From the NCBI GenBank assembly GCA_964392145.1, contig CAYMPK010000001.1:1089-50656 (forward strand): a DNA stretch of 49,568 nucleotides, given 5' to 3'. Below are positions 45,471-49,568 of the stretch, piece after piece. The notes below the pieces were generated by a model that worked only from the letters and a program-made list of their open reading frames with translations, did no database searches and was not told the DNA's origin. Numbering within the stretch: the stretch's first letter is position 1; every line of letters starts with the position of its first letter. The translations under genes were made by a program, and so were the position numbers. This DNA comes from an uncultured Actinomycetes bacterium (GTDB taxonomy: Bacteria > Actinomycetota > Actinomycetes > S36-B12 > UBA10799).

Positions 45471-46157
45471 TCACACCTCGAAGATGTATCCCATCCCCCG
45501 CACGGTGATGAGGTGACGCGGCGCCGCCGGGTCCTCCTCAATCTTCTGCCGCAACCGCTTGATGTGAACGTCGAGTGTCTTGCTGTCTGTTCGTGTTGTG
45601 GGACCCCAGACGTAGTCGAGAATCTGACGCCTACTGCGTACGCGGCCGGCACGCCGAACCAAGTACTCCAACAGTTCGAACTCGCGCAACGGGAACGATG
45701 TCGGCTTGCCGTGCACCTCCACCAGGTGCCGTTCCATGTCGATCACTACCGGGCCGGCGACGACGGCCTCCTGGTGGGTGCTCGCGCCGGTGCGCTCGGA
45801 GCGCCAGCGCAGCAGGGCACGGATGCGAGCGAGAAGCTCGCGGGCCGAGAACGGCTTCGTCACGTAGTCGTCGGCGCCGAGCTCGAGGCCGACGACACGA
45901 TCCACCTCGTCTCCTCGCGCGCTCAACATGATGATCGGCACCGATGAGTGCGTGCGGATGGCGCGGCAGACGTCGGTCCCGAGCATGCCTGGAAGCATCA
46001 CGTCAAGGAGCACCAGATCTGCGCCATGGGCCTCGAACAGGGCCAGCCCTTGCGGCCCCGTTGTCGCGGTCTCAACGTCGAACCCCTCAGCTGTCAGCAT
46101 GAATGCCAGGGGATCGCTGACCGAGTCCTCGTCCTCGATCATGAGTATCCGCACCAT
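45471..46157 (-). CDS. regX3: OmpR/PhoB-family response regulator, RegX3-like
   Basis: ILMIEDEDSVSDPLAFMLTAEGF...LVLLDVMLPGMLGTDVCR...VVGLELGADDYVTKPFSARELLARIRALL...TVRGMGY is close to mycobacterial RegX3 as remembered. Confidence 0.85.
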   Translation of the reverse strand: MVRILMIEDEDSVSDPLAFMLTAEGFDVETATTGPQGLALFEAHGADLVLLDVMLPGMLGTDVCRAIRTHSSVPIIMLSARGDEVDRVVGLELGADDYVTKPFSARELLARIRALLRWRSERTGASTHQEAVVAGPVVIDMERHLVEVHGKPTSFPLREFELLEYLVRRAGRVRSRRQILDYVWGPTTRTDSKTLDVHIKRLRQKIEEDPAAPRHLITVRGMGYIFEV

Positions 46158-46226
46158 GGCGGAGATGTTTCCAGTGAATCCGTCGCCGCGGGTGTGCGCC
46201 GCTTGAACGTTGCAAGGCGGCTCGGA

Positions 46227-46259
46227 TAACGGCGGTTTAACGGTCGGCTAACTGGCGCA
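46227..46259. repeat. Three 11-nt-phased direct repeats TAAC(G/T)G between the LMWP-like gene and regX3
   Basis: Plus strand reads TAACGGcggtt TAACGGtcggc TAACTGgcgca, starting at 46227, 46238 and 46249. A bulged 8-bp hairpin follows at 46198-46221. Confidence 0.3.
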
Positions 46260-46262
46260 CAG

Positions 46263-46943
46263 TCACTCGGAGGCGAACAGCGGATCGTGTAACTCGTGGT
46301 CGGGATCCTCCGCCAACAGGAAGTCCCGGACGCGCGTGTCTATCTGACGCAGCATGTCCAGCACCTCGGTCGCGCTATCCAACGACGGCTCGGCAATCTG
46401 CCACTCGAGCACGGCGATCGAACCGTCGCCCAGCTTCGGGGCTGGATCACCGATGGCGATCACGTGGCTCGCGTCCCTGAGCAGCCCTGGAGTCACCTCC
46501 TGGGGTGCATCGGTGAGTTCCGCACCGACCTCGCCCATCATCTGCACAACCATCGGGTCCACAACGCCCGATGGGTCGACGCCGGCAGACTGGACGGTGA
46601 ACCGCCCGGGCGCGTAGAACCGCAACATGGCGGCGGCTGACTGCGATCGGGCGGCATTGCTCTCGCCGATGACAACGATGGCCGGTATGTCCCGTTGCCG
46701 GTCCGCGGCGGCAAGCCCTTGCTGTTCAACCTGTCTGAGTGCGGCGCGGCCGGCCAGGACCGGCAGGTAGGTAGTGACTTTCGCGTCTCTTGCAAGGTCG
46801 GCGTAGGCGCTGAACACCATGGCTCGAAGGTCGTGGCGGCGCACCTTCCCGCCAGTGTGGGCGACGAGTCCGTCGACCACCGCTTCCAATTGGACCTCGA
46901 CGTGGGAGTCCTGGACCTCGCCGTGCGGATTCGAATCAGTCAT
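46263..46943 (-). CDS. Cysteine-free low-molecular-weight phosphatase (LMWP/ArsC-fold)-like protein with N-terminal helical domain
   Basis: 226 aa. C-terminal about 140 aa follow the LMWP pattern (IVVIGESNAARSQSAAAML ... VQSAG ... HVIAIGD ... WQIAEP). The P-loop CxGNxCRS reads GESNAARS, and the protein contains no Cys at all. The N-terminal about 80 aa are helical. Confidence 0.7.
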   Translation of the reverse strand: MTDSNPHGEVQDSHVEVQLEAVVDGLVAHTGGKVRRHDLRAMVFSAYADLARDAKVTTYLPVLAGRAALRQVEQQGLAAADRQRDIPAIVVIGESNAARSQSAAAMLRFYAPGRFTVQSAGVDPSGVVDPMVVQMMGEVGAELTDAPQEVTPGLLRDASHVIAIGDPAPKLGDGSIAVLEWQIAEPSLDSATEVLDMLRQIDTRVRDFLLAEDPDHELHDPLFASE

Positions 46944-46992
46944 CCGGACAGTGTCGCCGTTCGCGTCATCCGTCGTGGGACGGACACGACCC

Positions 46993-47014
46993 GTTCACCT
47001 CCAGTTCACCTCCA
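46993..47014 (+). promoter_or_regulatory. Perfect tandem 11-mer GTTCACCTCCA x2 (PHO-box consensus core) upstream of the LMWP-like/regX3 genes
   Basis: 46993-47003 and 47004-47014 are identical. A weaker unit GGACACGACCC precedes them at 46982. They lie 50-71 nt upstream of ATG 46943, oriented opposite to the gene. Confidence 0.5.
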
Positions 47015-47041
47015 GGAGCGAGTGCTGCAGACGCGCAGAGT

Positions 47042-48007
47042 TCATGCGTCGTAGCGCTCAATTCCCAGGATCTTTCCGGTCACGCGACCGCGGGGCGTTA
47101 GCTCGCGATGAAAGACGATGTAACAACCCGGCGCCATCGGCTTCTTGAGCGCTGCCTGTCCACCCTTGATGTCGAAATGACTGCCCAGCGCGTTGAGGAT
47201 TTCCGGCAGAAGTGGGCGGTGGCTGCAGACCACCATGGGCGCAGAATCGCGAGCATGCCGCAGTATCTGGCGGACACTCGACTTTGGCCGGGCTGCGTAG
47301 GCTTCCTCACTGAGCAGCGGCTCCTCGATCACCTTCGTGCCAAGCGCCTTGGCCACGGGGGTCACCGTCTCGACGCACCTCGCCGAATCCGAAGAGCGCA
47401 CCTCGGTGATACCGAAGGCAAGCAGCAGATCGACCAGCCGCTTCGCCTGGCTACGACCGCGCTGGTTCAGCGGCCTCCTAGTGTCGTCCTTGCCCTTGTA
47501 GTCGCTCCGCTTGACCGCCTCCGTGTGCCGCAAAACGATCAAAGGCGACGTCTCCGGCAGCGCGGCCGCGATGTCCACCAGTTCGCGGTCGCGGCCGTAG
47601 GTCAGTCGGGCCTTCGCCCGACCAGGCGTGACCCACTCGATCTGATCGATCTCGCGATTCGACTTGAATCCCGGACCGCCGGGACGGGCCTGGCCGAGCC
47701 AGTACGCCACCGTCTTCAAGCGACCCTCCACGCGGTAGCGCTGACCCGGCAGCATCGGGCCCAGCGCCACTTCCGAGCCCGTCTCCTCGACGGTCTCCCG
47801 GCGAGCCGTCTCGGTCAGGTGCTCGTCGCCTTCGACCTTGCCCTTGGGCAAGGACCAGTCGTTATGCCTGGGCCGATGCAGGATGCACACTTCGATGCCC
47901 CGCCTGCTGCGCCGCAGCAGGACCACGCCGGCCGCCCGAATGGTGGATGCCAACAGAACACCTAGCCCAGGTCCGTGTGTTTGTGGACGCGCTTGACCTC
48001 GGGCCAC
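47042..48007 (-). CDS. mutT1: NUDIX hydrolase fused to histidine phosphatase (SixA-like) domain, MutT1-like
   Basis: Nudix box GKVEGDEHLTETARRETVEETG. Then LIVLRHTEA (RH motif) ... VVCSHRPLL. This is the same two-domain architecture as mycobacterial MutT1. The GTG 48007 start overlaps the upstream gene by 46 nt; TTG 47953 is an alternative. Confidence 0.8.
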   Translation of the reverse strand: MARGQARPQTHGPGLGVLLASTIRAAGVVLLRRSRRGIEVCILHRPRHNDWSLPKGKVEGDEHLTETARRETVEETGSEVALGPMLPGQRYRVEGRLKTVAYWLGQARPGGPGFKSNREIDQIEWVTPGRAKARLTYGRDRELVDIAAALPETSPLIVLRHTEAVKRSDYKGKDDTRRPLNQRGRSQAKRLVDLLLAFGITEVRSSDSARCVETVTPVAKALGTKVIEEPLLSEEAYAARPKSSVRQILRHARDSAPMVVCSHRPLLPEILNALGSHFDIKGGQAALKKPMAPGCYIVFHRELTPRGRVTGKILGIERYDA

Positions 48008-49491
48008 ACCCGGCGGAATTCCAGCCGGTTGTGGATCTCCTCCTCGAACTCGTGCTCATGGAGCAGCCCGAGGGCGAAGCCCGTCTCGCCATCGACATCT
48101 GGGGTGGCGGCGATCTCGCGGATGACGTCCTGCGCGACGCAGGCATCTTGATGTTCACCGAGGACATCCGTCACCAGCGACAACGCCGAACCGAGTTCCT
48201 TGGCCGGTTGGCCGAACACGGGGGCGACCGCGTCCGCGGCGTACCGCGCCCGTTTGGCGGCGATCCGAGCCTCGTGCCAGGTCTCCGCCGCACCTTCCAG
48301 CTCGAGCATCTTCACATCCCGGGCCAGACGCTTCCACGCCTTCCGCACCAGTGGGGGCAATACCTCCGCCGACGCGAGGTCCGCATGTGCGGTCAGGCGG
48401 GGATGCGCCGCAGCATCCACCAGGGAGGCCAAGAGCCGCGCATGGCGGGCGCTGCGCATCGAATCCAGCGCATGCTCCCGCGCCTCCGCCAACCGATGGC
48501 GCAGCCGCGGATCCATGACCGACCGGATGAGCAGGGCTTCGCGTTCACCCAGGTTGTCAGCGTGCCTATCAAGCCTCTCCAAGAGAACCTCGGTGTCGCG
48601 CGCGCTGCCCAACTGACTGGCCGCCCACGCCAGCTCCTCGCGCAGGCCATCGGCCCATTCCTTCTCCACCAGGGGTGCGAAGACTTTCAGTCCGCTGCGC
48701 AGCCTTCGAGCGGCAACCCTCATTTGGTGCACGGCGTCGGGCAGATCGCGGCGGACCCGCACGTCCTGTTCGAGGAAGGCTCGAACGTAGGTGCGCAGGT
48801 GTGCGGTCACCGCCTTCGACGCGGGATCGGCCGGCGTCACCGGTTCCGGCTTCGGCACATCGGCCGGTTCTCGGGTGGCGGGGCCGAGGGCACTTGCAGC
48901 CTTGGACGACTTGCTGGGCGTTGCACCTGCGGACAGCAGCAGATCGACCGGACCGGAGAGGTCCGCATCGGCGACAATCGCCTCCACTTCTATCTCGCGG
49001 AAGCGGGAGATGACCTCGCCACCATCGAGCACCGAGACCGTGTCGTCGACGAGTTCCGCGAATGCCACACCGTCCTCGTCGTACAGAAGGTACGGCGTGC
49101 GGTTGGTCTCGAGCGTGACCACAGGACGCAGAACGCCGTCACGGACGAAGGCCGTGACCACCTCTGAGAGGCCGGTCGGGACATGGCCCACCTCGCCGTC
49201 GGACAGTGGCAGCCTCAACTCGTCGCGCACACCCTCACTGGCACCCTGCACCGGAAGCTTCATATGCCAGCCGGCATCGTCGCCCCCCTCCCGCCGCCGA
49301 AGGGTGACGCCCCAGCGGAACAACCTGAGGTCGTCGGTGTCGTGGTAGACAGCGAGCAGGTCCCGCGGACTCTGCGGCACCACGACGCTGACGCCCGGCG
49401 CGGCCGTCAGATCGGGGAGTTTGAACAGGGCGTGCACCCGCAACTTGGTCTCGACCTCTCGAACCTCCTGCGGCACCTCGGTGTCTGACAT
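47962..49491 (-). CDS. CYTH and CHAD domain-containing protein
   Basis: N-terminal EVETKLRV (ExExK of CYTH triphosphate-tunnel enzymes). The long helical, Arg/His-rich C-terminal half is typical of CHAD (VHQMRVAARRLR, WHEARIAAKRARY). ATG 49491 is preceded by GAGGAAG. Confidence 0.85.
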   Translation of the reverse strand: MSDTEVPQEVREVETKLRVHALFKLPDLTAAPGVSVVVPQSPRDLLAVYHDTDDLRLFRWGVTLRRREGGDDAGWHMKLPVQGASEGVRDELRLPLSDGEVGHVPTGLSEVVTAFVRDGVLRPVVTLETNRTPYLLYDEDGVAFAELVDDTVSVLDGGEVISRFREIEVEAIVADADLSGPVDLLLSAGATPSKSSKAASALGPATREPADVPKPEPVTPADPASKAVTAHLRTYVRAFLEQDVRVRRDLPDAVHQMRVAARRLRSGLKVFAPLVEKEWADGLREELAWAASQLGSARDTEVLLERLDRHADNLGEREALLIRSVMDPRLRHRLAEAREHALDSMRSARHARLLASLVDAAAHPRLTAHADLASAEVLPPLVRKAWKRLARDVKMLELEGAAETWHEARIAAKRARYAADAVAPVFGQPAKELGSALSLVTDVLGEHQDACVAQDVIREIAATPDVDGETGFALGLLHEHEFEEEIHNRLEFRRVWPEVKRVHKHTDLG

Positions 49492-49568
49492 CCCGGCAGC
49501 TTCCTCATCCCCTACAACGTCCACCCGCACGTCCGGTGGCGTCGGGTCCTCGATCTCGGCGTCCGCTC

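Noticed and set aside
46174-46179. Single GTGAAT hexamer 17-22 nt upstream of the regX3 ATG
   Set aside because: It is an isolated half-site with no phased partner and is too close to the start codon to be a meaningful operator call.
47947-49167. 406-aa plus-strand ORF
   Set aside because: It is antisense to the CYTH-CHAD gene and is Arg/Gly/His-rich. The CHAD reading frame has the expected helical Arg/His repeats and a good RBS.
49519-49551. GTCCACC / GTCCGGT / GTCGGGT repeats upstream of the CYTH-CHAD start as a third PHO box
   Set aside because: The spacing is 12 and 10 nt rather than 11, and only the first unit resembles GTTCACC. The region also touches the window edge.
1-49568. tRNA, rRNA, CRISPR arrays, IS elements / transposases / integrases, prophage or toxin-antitoxin genes
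   Set aside because: I scanned every intergenic gap over 60 nt and the ORF translations. No T-loop-like GGTTCGAAT motif occurs in intergenic DNA. There are no spaced identical repeats, no DDE/recombinase motifs and no terminal inverted repeats.

Overview
High-GC (visually about two-thirds G+C) actinobacterial chromosomal segment; gene content and synteny suggest Propionibacteriales or a related order, but that is inference only. It is densely coding, with about 42 protein genes. I recognised no rRNA, tRNA, CRISPR array or mobile element. Left to right: a 1327-aa hybrid sensor (PAS-PAS-GAF / histidine kinase / REC-REC / GAF / GGDEF), an MHS transporter, a methyltransferase and a secreted RCC1/BLIP-II-like propeller built from seven exact 117-nt repeats. 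Then DUF2277, two glycosyltransferases, an RCK-pore-RCK channel-like protein, an SDR, DUF2853, an AlkA-family glycosylase, a DHA2 MFS pump, an isochorismatase-family protein, a DUF427 + flavoprotein disulfide reductase pair, a MASE1-PAS-GGDEF-EAL protein, a zincin-like peptidase and a membrane-anchored esterase. Next come DUF3073 and bldC, then a mosaic purine cluster (purM, purF, purL, purQ, purS, purC) interrupted by an FMO::alpha/beta-hydrolase fusion, an SCP-like gene, a small tail-anchored protein and a phosphoketolase. After that: glgA/glgC, a rhomboid-like protein, HMG-CoA lyase and a fatty-acid hydroxylase. The most interesting part is a co-directional minus-strand phosphate/polyphosphate block at 41.1-49.5 kb: CYTH-CHAD, MutT1-like NUDIX + His-phosphatase, a cysteine-free LMW-phosphatase-fold protein, regX3 with no adjacent kinase, and pstSCAB. 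This block carries 11-nt-phased G(T/G)TCAC direct repeats (PHO-box-like) upstream of pstS and upstream of the LMWP-like/regX3 pair, plus a 14-bp hairpin between pstS and pstC. Many gene junctions use ATGA/GTGA stop-start overlaps. All product calls come from motif recognition by eye; no database search was run.
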